Below are positions 1-12,800 of a stretch of DNA of 64,000 bases, piece after piece; within the stretch, counting starts at the first letter, position 1, and the number at the start of each line of letters is the position of its first letter. Source of the stretch: Mytilus trossulus (lineage: Eukaryota); contig NC_086382.1 of assembly GCF_036588685.1 (NCBI RefSeq), positions 54,374,001 through 54,438,000 of the forward strand, read 5' to 3'. The translations under genes were made by a program, and so were the position numbers. The notes beneath the pieces were generated by a model that saw only the letters and a program-made list of their open reading frames with translations, made no database searches and was not told the DNA's origin.

Positions 1-6
1 TGAGTC

Positions 7-658
7 TAACTCATTGTACTTACAGTTGATTAATAGTAAGATCTGAAAGTGTCTTTAGCCTAACTCATTGTACTTACAGTTGATTAATAGTAAGATCTGA
101 CAGTGTCTTTAGCCTAACTCATTGTACTTACAGTTGATTAATAGTAAGATCTGACAGTGTCTTTAGCCTAACTCATTGTACTTACAGTTGATTAATAGTA
201 AGATCTGACAGTGTCTTTAGCCTAACTCATTGTACTTACAGTTGATTAATAGTAAGATCTGACAGTGTCTTTAGCCTAACTCATTGTACTTACAGTTGAT
301 TAATAGTAAGATCTGACAGTGTCTTTAGCCTAACTCAATTACTTACAGTTGATTAATAGTAAGATCTGAAAGTGTCTTTAGCCTAACTCAATTACTAACA
401 GTTGATTAATAGTAAGATCTGAAAGTGGCTTTAGCCTAACTCATTGTACTTACAGTTGATTAATAGTAAGATCTGACAGTGTCTTTAGCCTAACTCATTG
501 TACTTACAGTTGATTAATAGTAAGATCTGACAGTGTCTTTATCCTAACTCATTGTACTTACAGTTGATTAATAGTAAGATCTGACAGTGTCTTTAGCCTA
601 ACTCATTGTACTTACAGTTGATTAATAGTAAGATCTGACAGTGTCTTTAGCCTAACTC
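7..658. repeat. 54-bp tandem repeat (about 12 copies) derived from the exon 36 3' end plus its splice donor
   Basis: Unit taactcattgtacttacagttgattaatagtaagatctgacagtgtctttagcc, period 54 (two units are 53 bp). Confidence 0.97.
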
Positions 659-842
659 CCAGTATGTTTGGTACTTTGAATCCATGTGAAGCACATTTAG
701 CCTTCAACACTAGACAGTAATCTGGTTTGACTAGAGATACAGTTCTAAAGATGGCTGACACATAGTTTGGCATTCTACATGATGGATGTCTTACACTGGC
801 ATTGGACGTCATGTGTAGAGCTAAACCTTTCTTCAGGTTAAT
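616..842 (-). CDS. Dynein HC exon 36 (sensor I region)
   Basis: HMTSN...MPNYVSAIFRTVSLVKPD...SHGF; donor GTAAGT at 610-615. Confidence 0.88.
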
Positions 843-3800
843 CTGAGGAGGAAAATCATTACAGTAAGTGAAATAGTAATTTTTATTTTTATTTACTTTT
901 TAAGGTACTACAATTTAAAAAAAAAAAAACACTTTTAAATTATTATTTTTTTCTTATGCAATTTTTTTGTATGAAGAATGTTGATAGAAATAATTTTGGA
1001 AGAAAAATCCATGACATCATAATTTTATAGGACGAAAAACATTTAATACAGATAAATACAGGTATTTTTCTCCCAATAAATAATAGTCGAGAGTTGGTTA
1101 GATGCTGTTTGTGGCGTGTTTGCTATTCTTCTTGCTTTTGTACAAATCTGTATTCTATAATCATGTTGATCAAACCTTACCTCTTGTCCATTGCTTAATG
1201 AAGCATAACTGTGTCTTGATTTAAGGGCTGACAATACAGATGTGACGAAATCCAATACAATAGACATAGACAAGTTATTCAGGTTCTGGGATTCATCAAA
1301 ACAGGCCCAGCATCCATCCTGAAAAAAAACACCATTATAATTGTCAAATGATTAAAATAAAAGCATTAAAAAATACACCTCTACTTCCTTATGATACAAA
1401 TATTATAACATTTAGGAAAACACCATCTCAATTATAAGTAAACATTTTTTTTTTTTTTTTTTTAATTTAAATCTTACAAATGATGGACAGGTAAGTGACT
1501 ATACTATTATTAGTAAATATTTTTTTTCTCATTCAAATCTTACAAATGATGGACAGAATAGTGACTATAGAGTTTCATATCTTTTATGTGAAAAGGAAAA
1601 TAGTCTGAAAGTTAAGAAGATAATTGTTACAAAGGTATATGTACAGAGGAAGCATTTTAATTTATGTATACTAACCATAGCAGTTCCTTGTACAATCTTT
1701 CCCATACCACTGGTATCACTCTCTGGTGAACATTGTACTAACATCAGGAATTTACCAAAAAGGTTGGCAAGTCCCTGAAAATAAATATCAAACACACTAC
1801 TTGAAAATCTAATAAATATTGTTCTTATTGTCAACTTAAATCTAACCCTAATGTTATACATGTACAAGGAATCTCTGACAAAAATTTAGTATGTTAGAAT
1901 ATTTTTTTGACTTTTCTGCACAAAAAGTGCTTAGACCATTTAATCCTGTGTTGTTTAAATAAAACTCGAGCTGGGCTATTTTTGGACTTACATTTGAAGG
2001 CTAATAACAATGCACATGTAAAATGTTCACACAATCTATACAGTTTTCTTTATAAGATAAATAATCAAATTTTTCTAATTATTTGACTTGCTTAAAATTT
2101 AGACTACCTCAATAAATATGCAAATACTCATTTTTTTTAGGTAGCTTAAATATAGGCTTCAATATATCCTATACTAACCTTGACAGTTTCTGTCTTTCCA
2201 ACACCCCCAGGGCCAACAATATGACTTCCCTGTACATTGTTAAGGGCCTGTGACATTGTGAGGAAGCATCTCTCTGTGACGGGCGTGAGAGCCACGCCAG
2301 GTTCTGCACCATAGAATTCATTACAGTAATGATAGGATGAATCCAGAATCCAGATCAATGGTTCATACTCCTCTTCTGTAATTGTTAATAATATGTTTTA
2401 CAATTTGTCAATTTTTTTCTACAAAAATAAGGATATTATTTCTGAATTTTAAAAGTTTCACATGACATATAAAGATATATGTTTTTTTCAATCTTAAGGT
2501 GGTACCTAACACTTCAGGGAGATAACTCTGTAAAATCAGCAAAACGTTTTAATTATGTTGTGTTGTTACGGGAATATTAAGCTTTTCAATGATCAAAATT
2601 GGTGTTTGTCAAACTGCTATATAACCAGTGTAAATATTTCTGATAAAATGGTTGATCATAATTTTTGAAATTTGTATACTTTTGTCAAAGGGTCAAAGTA
2701 AATACTTTGTCAAAATTTTATGAAAATTAAACGAGCCAAATTAATTTAAGTGAAAGTGTTGGGTACCACCTTAACACAACAATAAAAATAAAATAAATGG
2801 AAGTAAGATATCATCATAATTCACAATAAATAGATTTGTTCAGTCAACAATAAAATCAAAAACAAAATATACAGTAATTCAATAGTTTCTTTCAGTTGAA
2901 ATATACTTATTTTCTATATCTCAAGAAATCTTATGTTCCTTCTTTGATTATTTTTTTTTTTAATTAATAATGCAATGAGGTAAGTAAGGTAGTAGGAAAT
3001 TAAAACAAAAAGGAAAATATGGGTAAAAAATGAATAATAGTTATATATAAGTTAAGTGAATTGGAAACCAAGGAGCCTTATTTACTCATATGCAAGAAGA
3101 AAAAAATGTCTTAATTGATCTATGCAGAAATCAGAATCAAAATGTAATCACAAAATATTTGAAGAGAATATGTATACTTAAAACATTTTGAAGATTTCTA
3201 TAGCTACTGTGATTTCAAGATCAAAATGTATTTTACAAATAACTTTAGTTTGGATTTATGTTCATTTTTTAATCTGCATACCCTTGTGATCATCAATCAT
3301 GTTCATTCTTTAAAATGAAGTAGTAATTTTGCAGAAGATCTTTGGAATTTTTTTACAGACAACAAACACCTAGTGTAAACAAAAGCTAAAACTGGCTTCT
3401 GACCAGGTGAGCTAAAAATCTGTAATTTCAAGATATGAAAAATAAAGCTGTGTTGTGTACTGAAGCTAGAAGTGGAAGTATATGTAATAAGAAAGAGGTG
3501 TAAACAATCTGCATTTAAAAATCTGATCATAAAATACATGATCAAAATATAGTGCATTTAAAATTAGAAAATCACAATGAGAAATAGAAGAACATTTGCT
3601 TCATTTAAAATTGATAAAATGAAAACTGTTGTTTCATTCAAAATCTAAAAATAGAAGAAAAAAAATACAATCTTATTTGGAGATTAAAAATCTAATTTCC
3701 TGAAAGTGCTGAGATTCAGAATTTTATCCAAAAAAAAAGTAAATGAGTTGCAGAAAGCAAAAAATATATTTGCAGCTGTGCAGTGTCTGCAGAAAACAGT

Positions 3801-6800
3801 ACATAACTGAAAATCCGTCATTCTGCAATGATTCTATAAATATTACATTTATTAACAAACTACCAAGCAGAATAAAAATAAAATGTACAATTCCGACCAC
3901 CTAGAGTGGAGTTCTTACGTATATGTAAATCTGTCAAACTTGTTTGACTAGCGGTATCCTCTCCCATAAGATCATCAGCCTCAGCCACTAGAAGTCAATG
4001 TTAATTAGAATAGTAATGTGAACTACTACTACTTATGTGTTATTATCATCATGCAAGTATTTTAAAAATATTTCTATAAATACTCAAAATACTTCCCAAA
4101 TAAGCAAGCAGTAATACAGTAATATCTCAATAAAACCAATTATTAGCACACAAACATGTTCAACCCTGCTACTTTCAGCATCTGCCTACCTGTAATTCAC
4201 TGGGTATCTTTTGTTGCTGTATACTCTTTTTTTTTCAATTATGTTCTTAACTTAAATCGGGCTGTTTATTTCCTTGTTTATTTAACATTTACCATGTTCA
4301 GCTTTTATAACATGCTATTGGGTATTGGTTTTACTCAAGTTGCTACCTTACAAGTCATTTTGGTCTCTGGTGAAAATTTGCCGCATTGGCAATCATACAA
4401 CATCTTCATATTTTTATTTTGCTTGAAGTTTTAACAATGTTGTGAATATCTCTCTCAAAAAAATCCTATATTATTCATTGTTTATCTTCCTCAAACTGTC
4501 AGAATTAATAATAAGTTACTATACCATGATCATGAATATACATTTTTTTGTGAAAAGAGTAGCTATAACACAAAATAACAGAATATGTGAACACACTTTG
4601 AATATTTTAACCATCGCAAGCATATATATAGATTATTCATAATGCAAGTCATCTCATGCAATAGTATTTTTTTGTGTTTCACAATTATAAGCTTTTTAGC
4701 CCAGATGTTCTGTCCATGCAATATAGATCTACTGTGAAAAGATCATTATATATGTATATATTTCTAGCATTAGTATATAAAACTATGTGAGCATGACAAT
4801 ATTTAAATTATCAACCTACCGACAGGGTGATAATAACACCTCACACTCCTCCTCCATTCAAAATCAGTTGATTCTCGTAACTTTCTATTGCACATATTCT
4901 CTAAAACATCTCTTAAATACAGGGATTGCTGCAAAAAAATACACCTCAATTTAAAATACATCCATATAGATATTATTGATTATTGGTATTGATAAATTAA
5001 AAAGCAGCATCTGTTTAGTCTTTAGTCCAAGTGCTGGAATTTCTCGCTACATTGAAGACCTGTTGGTGACCTTCTGCTGTTGTTTTTTCTATGGTCAGGT
5101 TGTTGTCTCTTTGACACACTCCCCATTTCCATTCTCAATTTTATTTAGTATTTCTATCTTAATTTTTTTTTAATTTTTAATGTATTCCAATGATTTAAAC
5201 CAAAACACCAAAATAGCCAGTTGGAAAACACATTTTACTTTATTGCCTGGTTTTTAAATACATGCATAAAGCATGCATAAAGCAAAGAAAATACAGAAAA
5301 TCTACTTGCAGTATTAATACTTGAATCCCTAAGTATACTTCATTCAAATTTTCTGATACAGATTAGTCAAAAGGTCATATATTTTTCTTCACTTTTTTAA
5401 TTTTAGAAATATAGTGACAACTTTCATCAACAATGATGTAACTAATAAATTTGAAATGATAACAATATTTAATATCATGATATATTATTCAAATGCAGCC
5501 TTCTATCTGATGAGTTAAGCCTTTTTCAACTGATTTTTATAGTTTGTTCTTATATTGTACTGTTATACCACTGTCCCAGGTTAGGGGGAGGGTTGGGATC
5601 CCGCTAACATGTTCAACCCCGCCACATTATTTATGTATGTGCCTGTCCCAAGTCAGGAGCCTGTAATTCAGGGGTTGTCGTTTGTTTATGTGTTACATAT
5701 TTTTTTCGTTATTTTTTTTACATAAATAAGGCCGTTAGTTTTCTCGTTTGAATTGTTTTACATTGTCTTATCTGGGCCTTTTATAGCTGACTATGCGGTA
5801 TGGGCTTTGCTCATTGTTGAAGGCCGTACGGTGACCTATAGTTGTTAATGTTTGTGTCATTTTGGTCTTTTGTGGATAGTTGTCTCATTGGCAATCATAC
5901 CACATCTTCTTTTTTTTTTTAAATTAGAACAACAGATAACTGTTTATCACTTATGTTAGATCAAACTTACAGCCACCATACACTCCAGTCTAGATTTATG
6001 TACAGGTAACATTGGTTCCTCGATGGTCCTCCAGGCTCCTCTCATCAGCACTGATGTCAGTTTAGAGGTATGGATGGAGTATCGTTTCAGGGCACCATGT
6101 AGAGCTTTACGATCATACTTAATTTCAGAAATTCCAATCTCACACTCTTTGGTCCAGAAATACAGCATTCCAATCTTACATACTTGTGCTGGATACTATC
6201 ACAGCAAATATAAAATTTAAATTTACGCAAAACTGTTACTGGTAATATATGTAATAACGTGTTTTCCTTTAAAAAACAAGATATTTAAAAAGTTTTCCAA
6301 TTTAGGTTTTTTACCAATAAACCCATACTGTAAACCAACTCATATATATTAAATAATTCATTTTACATTAAAGAAATTTACTTTCACAACCTTATAGCCT
6401 TACTAATGAAAGAAATTTGAATTTAAAGAAACTCTTTAAAGAAATGGTTCAAGTTTGACATAATGATAACAAAGATTTATATTCAGTTATTTTTCTAATT
6501 GTAAATTTGTGCTAAAATAAATCATTTGCAAAAATTATTTTGTCTAGTTCTTCAATAATAGAAACATTTATGTTTTTCAACAAGAAAATACACAGTTTCA
6601 CATTTTAAATCATGACAATCTATTTTCTCACAGAAAAATCTGAAATATTATTATTTAAGATAACTGACCTTTGATGCCCATTCATCCATGACCACCCCTT
6701 GATTACAGTCCTGTATTATACTGTTGTTCATCTCTTTGATAGTCTTGGCCATCGATTCACTTAGTCCTAGAAGCCATACTTCTACACCATCAGCTAGCTT

Positions 6801-9800
6801 CACCTAAAATTTAAATGAATATCATAATTTCAATTTTTAATTAGTGCCGGTTTGGGACTTCCTAAATAGAGACAGACCTAAATTATATACTGTGCATTTA
6901 CCATTATTCATTGGATACTAATTTTTCATGGATTATGTGGATACCGGGTAACCATCAATTCAAATGTTCAAACGATGTTCAAGTTATCCACAATCCAGGA
7001 AAATTGGAACCAAGGAAAATTATATGAATCCTAAGCCATGGAAAAGAATTTTATTTTAATTGTCTCAGTGTTGAAAAGTCAACTTTGGGACTAAAAAGAA
7101 CAAGTAACAAACCTTATCTTTCAGTGCAATAGTTTCTCCCTCAGAACTTGATATGGCTGTAGCCTCATACAGTATAATGTCTTCTATGATACCTTCTGAT
7201 GGTAGATAGGATGGACCATGCTGCATTACACTTGGATTTAAACTCTGAAAATTTTAAAAGTACAGTATTATTCTAAATTCAAGACGTACATGACGTAATA
7301 TGAACATTTTACAAAATATGTTTCCAAAATTAATATGTTTTACTTTTTATTACATTATTTGATAGACTTTGAATGAATTTAACATTAGGATAATATTTCT
7401 GTCTTAATTCTATAGTTTACCATTTGTATAATACTATAAGTTACAATAATAAACAAGTTTTTTCCTCTATATGAAAGTCAGGGAAATCCACAAACTTGAC
7501 ATTTTTCAATATGTCAACACGCTTCTGAAATTTAACATGAAATTTGTTTTTGTAAGAATTTCAAACTTCATATGGATATAGAGTTTACATTGGCTGATGT
7601 CTTACTGACAATACCTATTTAAAATCAATGATAATTTATTTAAATAAAATCTTGCCAATTTTATGCAAACATGAGAAAAATTACAAGCTATAAAACTCAT
7701 AGATTTCCCAGGCTTATACAGGTGCTGTAAATGATAATGTAGTCTGAAAACCCAATTTAAAGTAACAAACAGTAATTATAAGGATATGATAAAAATTAAT
7801 ACATAACTTGCATTAGGAAACAAACATGCATTTTTTTTTAATTATTGTGTTTAAAACTTGAAAGAAAGTAATTGGTTTTATAGCTATAAATACGTTACCA
7901 TCATAAATTCTGAGTGTAACCCCAATTGTGTCATAGGTCAGATGGAAAATCCCAACTAAAAATAAACGTATTCTCACTGGTCCGGACATATACCCCTTTT
8001 TTGCCCATATTCTTACATTCAATTTCCATCTGCGACATCGGTCACACGTGCACATCAAACAGATTCAACAGAGAAGTGTTTAGTTTTTTGAATAGCTTAA
8101 TTGCTTTTCATATATATTGTGTATTTTATTGGAAATATATTCCCTTGTTTTGTTTAAATTTCTAAACAAATTATTTGTGTTTTTTTGACTAAAGTAAAAT
8201 TTATTATGGACTTTAATTTGAATAGTCCGTATGTAAGTATTCCTGGTTCGGACTATCTCTTAGATGGGTCACTACCTTTAAGTCCCCCCCAAACTACCAG
8301 TACATTGACCGGAGTTTCGACAACGGTGTCTGGTAATGCTACCTATCCGACCCTTTCACAAGGTTCAGCCATGCATTTTGGGGGGGTACCTACGTCAACT
8401 TCGGTGACTCATACTTTATCTAGGTCTGTTAATTCAGCGGGTACTATTAGTTCTGTCCCAGGTACAGCTATGGGCTTGAACTTGCCAGGTTCTAGACCCC
8501 CATTATCCTATTGTGGGTATATGCTTCCCAACACGGGCACACAACCTTTACCCTCATGGTCTCAGCCACCTTGGCCACAGTCTTACCCTTATGGTGGGTT
8601 TATGCCAAACCAACCTGGTTTTTGGCCTTATAGGGACAATTTCTATGGTCCCCCTTCTGGGGTAGCTACTACACCACCTTTAGCTCCTGCTCTACCCGTA
8701 GCAGTATCTTTGACTTCTGCAGTAGCTCCTTCTACCACCGTACCTGACTCTCAAGCTTCTAGTTCTTCACATGGTACTCAGGTTTCTGATCATGCATCAC
8801 CTTTGGATGGTTTACAGAAGTTACTTTTAGACTTTGGTGAGTCTTTCAAGGCAGAATTCCATACTCTATCCAGTCGTATGACTCTACTGGAAAATAGAGT
8901 TTCTTCTCATCAACCTTCTCCAGCTAAGTCTGTAGAATGTGATGAGAGGGAGGATGACGAGCTTTCTGTTTCCCCTGGGAGTCATGAAAGGGCTTTCCTC
9001 ACTGATGAGGATGTTGAAAGTTCTTCTTCTCCCAAGCCCCTGAGCCTTCTTCTAAGTCAGCTCAACAACCTCCCACCAAGGAGACTGAGGATCCTCCTTC
9101 CTTGAAGGATCTTAGGGATAAGGTGTATACCTTGATGAGGGATGAAGCACATATCCCTTTTCTCTCTCCTTCCAAGCCGAAGAAACCTTCTTCAACTTTT
9201 GAGGCTTCCTGTGGTATTTCTCAGGATACTGTGACTTCTCACAATTCTTTTCCTGAATCTGGCCATATGGCTTTTGCTTTACAATTTATTAATGAAGGTA
9301 TCGCTAATTCTGCTAGTGAAAAGGTTTCTAATAACAATATCTCAGGATTTGGAATGTCATCCTTTACTGATCAGGTTAAGTACAAGGATTTTGATATCTT
9401 TGATTCTTCACTGGGTAGACTTGTTCCCAGTTGTGACAAATCTATGTCATCTTTATTGGGAAAAAAGCCAGTAGATGGTCTTCGTCTCACTCAACCTGTT
9501 TGGTCAAAGACTGAGAATCTCCTTCGTAGTGCTTCTCCAAGTTCTTGGCACAGCCGAACATTTTCTAGCTGCAACCGGACATTTGCTTAACAGCGAAGAT
9601 TCGGTTGTTCCAGCAGAAGTACGATCCTTCTTACTTCAACTGGATAAAGCTTTAGGTTCATCTCAGTTGATTTTAATGGGTTCTATTGCTAATTGCACCC
9701 TATCAAAAAGAGCAGAGTTTCTTGAAAACATTTCTATAGCTGAGCCTTTGAAAGATTCTTTACTGAAATCTCCACTCTCTGACAAGATGTTTGGTTTACC

Positions 9801-12800
9801 CTTACAGCGGGTTCAAGAGGAACTCAGCAAAAATCCTCCTCCAGTCAAAGTTAGTGTACAAGTTACTAATGGCAAGAGGTCGGTTAATGCTCCATCTAGT
9901 TCTAATAGTACTTCTGCTTCGGGTGGTCCTCCTTCTTCTGCTAAGAAAAGGAAGAATAACTACGGCAAACCGCAGAACAAACCCAATAACTCAGGAAAAA
10001 GCTCAGGTAAGCCTTCTGGTGGTTTTAAGGGTTCCAAGAAACCTGGGTCTAGTACCTAGGTTCTTGCCCCCTCGTACGTTATTGACAGCTTCCCCAGGGG
10101 AAAATTTACAACAAGTTCCTCAAAAATCAATACCAGTAGGGGGGAGGTTAAGTTTTTTCCTAAATCAGTGGAAGAAAATTACCTCAGACTGTTATGTGCT
10201 GTCAATAATTCGAGGGGGATTAACACTTCAGTTCAAGAACCCACCTCCTCTATCTGCAGTTCCAATAAGTTTGTCTCATACACAAGACCCAGTCAAGTGT
10301 CAACTTCTGTCAGTAGAAGTGGACACTATGTTACAAAAAGCTGCAATAGAGGAGGTGTCGATCTTAACTCTGTCTCCGGGATTTTATTCCCGTCTTTTTC
10401 TGGTTCCAAAGAAGACTAGAGGAATGAGGCCAGTCATAGACCTATCTATTCTGAACAAATTTCTTATTATTCCCCACTTCAAAATGGAAACAAACAGATC
10501 CATCAGGGCTTCAATCCTTCCGGGAATGTGGACTACTTCTCTGGATCTTTCAGACGCGTATTTCCACATTCCCATTTCCAAAACTTACAGGAAATACCTT
10601 CGCTTCGTTTGGAACAACAAAGTTTTCCAGTTCAAGGCTCTCCCTTTTGGCCTGTCTACAGCCCCTTTGGCTTTTACAAAAATCATGCAGGCTGCTATAG
10701 CTCACCTACATTCCCTGTCTATTCAGATTCATTCCTATCTGGACGATTCCCTTCTCAAGGAATTTTGCCCAATCAAATTGAGGGTTCAGACAGATTTGGT
10801 CATCAATTGTTTTCTGTCCCTAGGCTTCCTTATCTCTTGGAAAAAGTCAGAGATAATTCCGTCTCAAGACTTTGTTTTCCTGGGAGAACATTTCCTAACC
10901 AGTGTAGGCCTAGTCCTCCCACCAGAGGAGAAATTTACAAAACTATGTCAGAAAATACATTTATTCCTGACGGTTCAATCAGTCACAGCACGTCAATTCT
11001 TGCAACTTCTGGGTCTATTGAACTCTCTGGCAGATGTAATTCCATTGGGACGACTTCACATTCGTCCGCTTCAGTTTTATCTACACAAGTTATGGATTGC
11101 AGCTTCACATGAATGGGAAGCATTGATTCCAATCACTCAGCCTTTATTTCCACACCTTCAATGGTGGTTAGTACGGGAAAATGTAATGAGGGGCCTATGT
11201 CTGTCCCCTCAAGTTCCCAGTCTAACATTATTCACAGATGCCTCCACCCTCGGTTGGGGAGCATATCTGGAGGGGCTTACAATCTCGGGAGTCTGGAGTC
11301 CAGATCTTTTGGAAGAGCATATCAATGTATTGGAAATGAAAGCAGTTCTGTTTGCACTGAATCATTTCCAAATGTCTCTAAAGAATCAGTCTGTCATTCT
11401 GGCCACGGACAACACAACAGTTGTAGCTTATCTCAAGAATCAGGGAGGAACTCATTCACCTTCTCTTTATCAGATAGCCAGAGACATTCTCCTTCTGTGT
11501 TTTCAACTCCAGGTTCATCTAGTGGTGAGACATATTGCGGGGCACCTCAATATTCTAGCCGACACTCTATCCAGATCTCTTGCTCCAGTAAACACGGAGT
11601 GGGAACTACTTCAAGTAGTTTTCAAAGCTGTGACTCTTCATTGGGGGTCACCTCAGATAGATCTGTTTGCGACCAGTCTCAATCACAAACTTCTAACATT
11701 TGTGTCTCCGGTTCCAGATCCAAAATCTTTTGCAGTAGACGCAATGAGCCTATCTTGGAAAGGAATGTTCGGGTACGCCTTCCCTCCTTTCAGGTTTCTC
11801 TCCCCAGTACTTCAGAAAAAAGCAGGGGAAAATTGCAAGATCATAGTTATTGCTCCAGCATGGCCAAAACAGTCTTGGTTTCCAGACCTTCTGCGCCTAT
11901 CATGTGCTTGTCCTCTAGTTCTACCTCTGAGACCAGACCTTCTGTCTCAAATCAAGGGCAAGGTTCTTTATCAAAATCCAGAAAAACTTCATCTACACGC
12001 CTGGCTTCTCTCAGGGTTAGCCTCAGAAAGAGAGGTTTTTCTGAAGGAGCAACCAAGCATCTCACAAAGTCTGTCAGAGACTCCACTAGCATTGTCTATG
12101 ATGCAAAATGGTCAATCTTCTCAGATTGGTGTAGTGAGCGGGAAATTGATCCTTTCCAAGTCACTGTACAACAATTAGCAGACTTTCTAGTTTTTCTTTT
12201 TGAATCCAAAGGATTATGTCCCTCTACTATTAAGGGATATAGATCAGCTATCTCAAGAACTATTCATATTTCTGGTGGCCCAGATTTTGGAATCAATGAA
12301 CATATTTCTCTTTTGGTTCGTAGTTTTAGTCTTGAAAGACCAAGACAAAAAACTTTAGTTCCTAAGTGGGACCTTGGACTAGTTTTATCCTTTTTAAAAC
12401 TTCCTCCTTTTGAACCAGCAGAAACAATAGATTTAAGGTTTCTTTCCTATAAATGCTGTTTTCTTTTAGCTTTGGCTTCTGGACGGAGAAGGAGTGAAAT
12501 CCATGCCTTCTCTATTTCTGATGCTTGCCTTCGATTTAACAGGGATAAATCTTCTGTTACTCTTTTAACGGATCCTGCTTTTTTGGCAAAGAATCAGATT
12601 CCAGATAAGGGTGCAGAACCAGTTGTGATTCCTGCACTCCCTAGCGATTCTATTTCTGTACTTTTATGTCCAGTAAGAATCCTTTCTATTTATCTGGAAA
12701 GAACGTGTAGTTTACGTTCTGTTTCTAACTCAAGACTCTTTATTCCTATTAAAAAAGGAATCTCAGATCTTTCTGTTAAAACTATTTCTACTTGGATATG

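Noticed and set aside
7-658. CRISPR-like regular repeat array
   Set aside because: No unique spacers; eukaryotic context; the unit derives from an exon boundary.
7813-8058. Paired ORFs 7813-8058 (-) and 13239-13427 (+) with near-identical peptides
   Set aside because: They are translations of the DIRS inverted terminal repeats, not genes.
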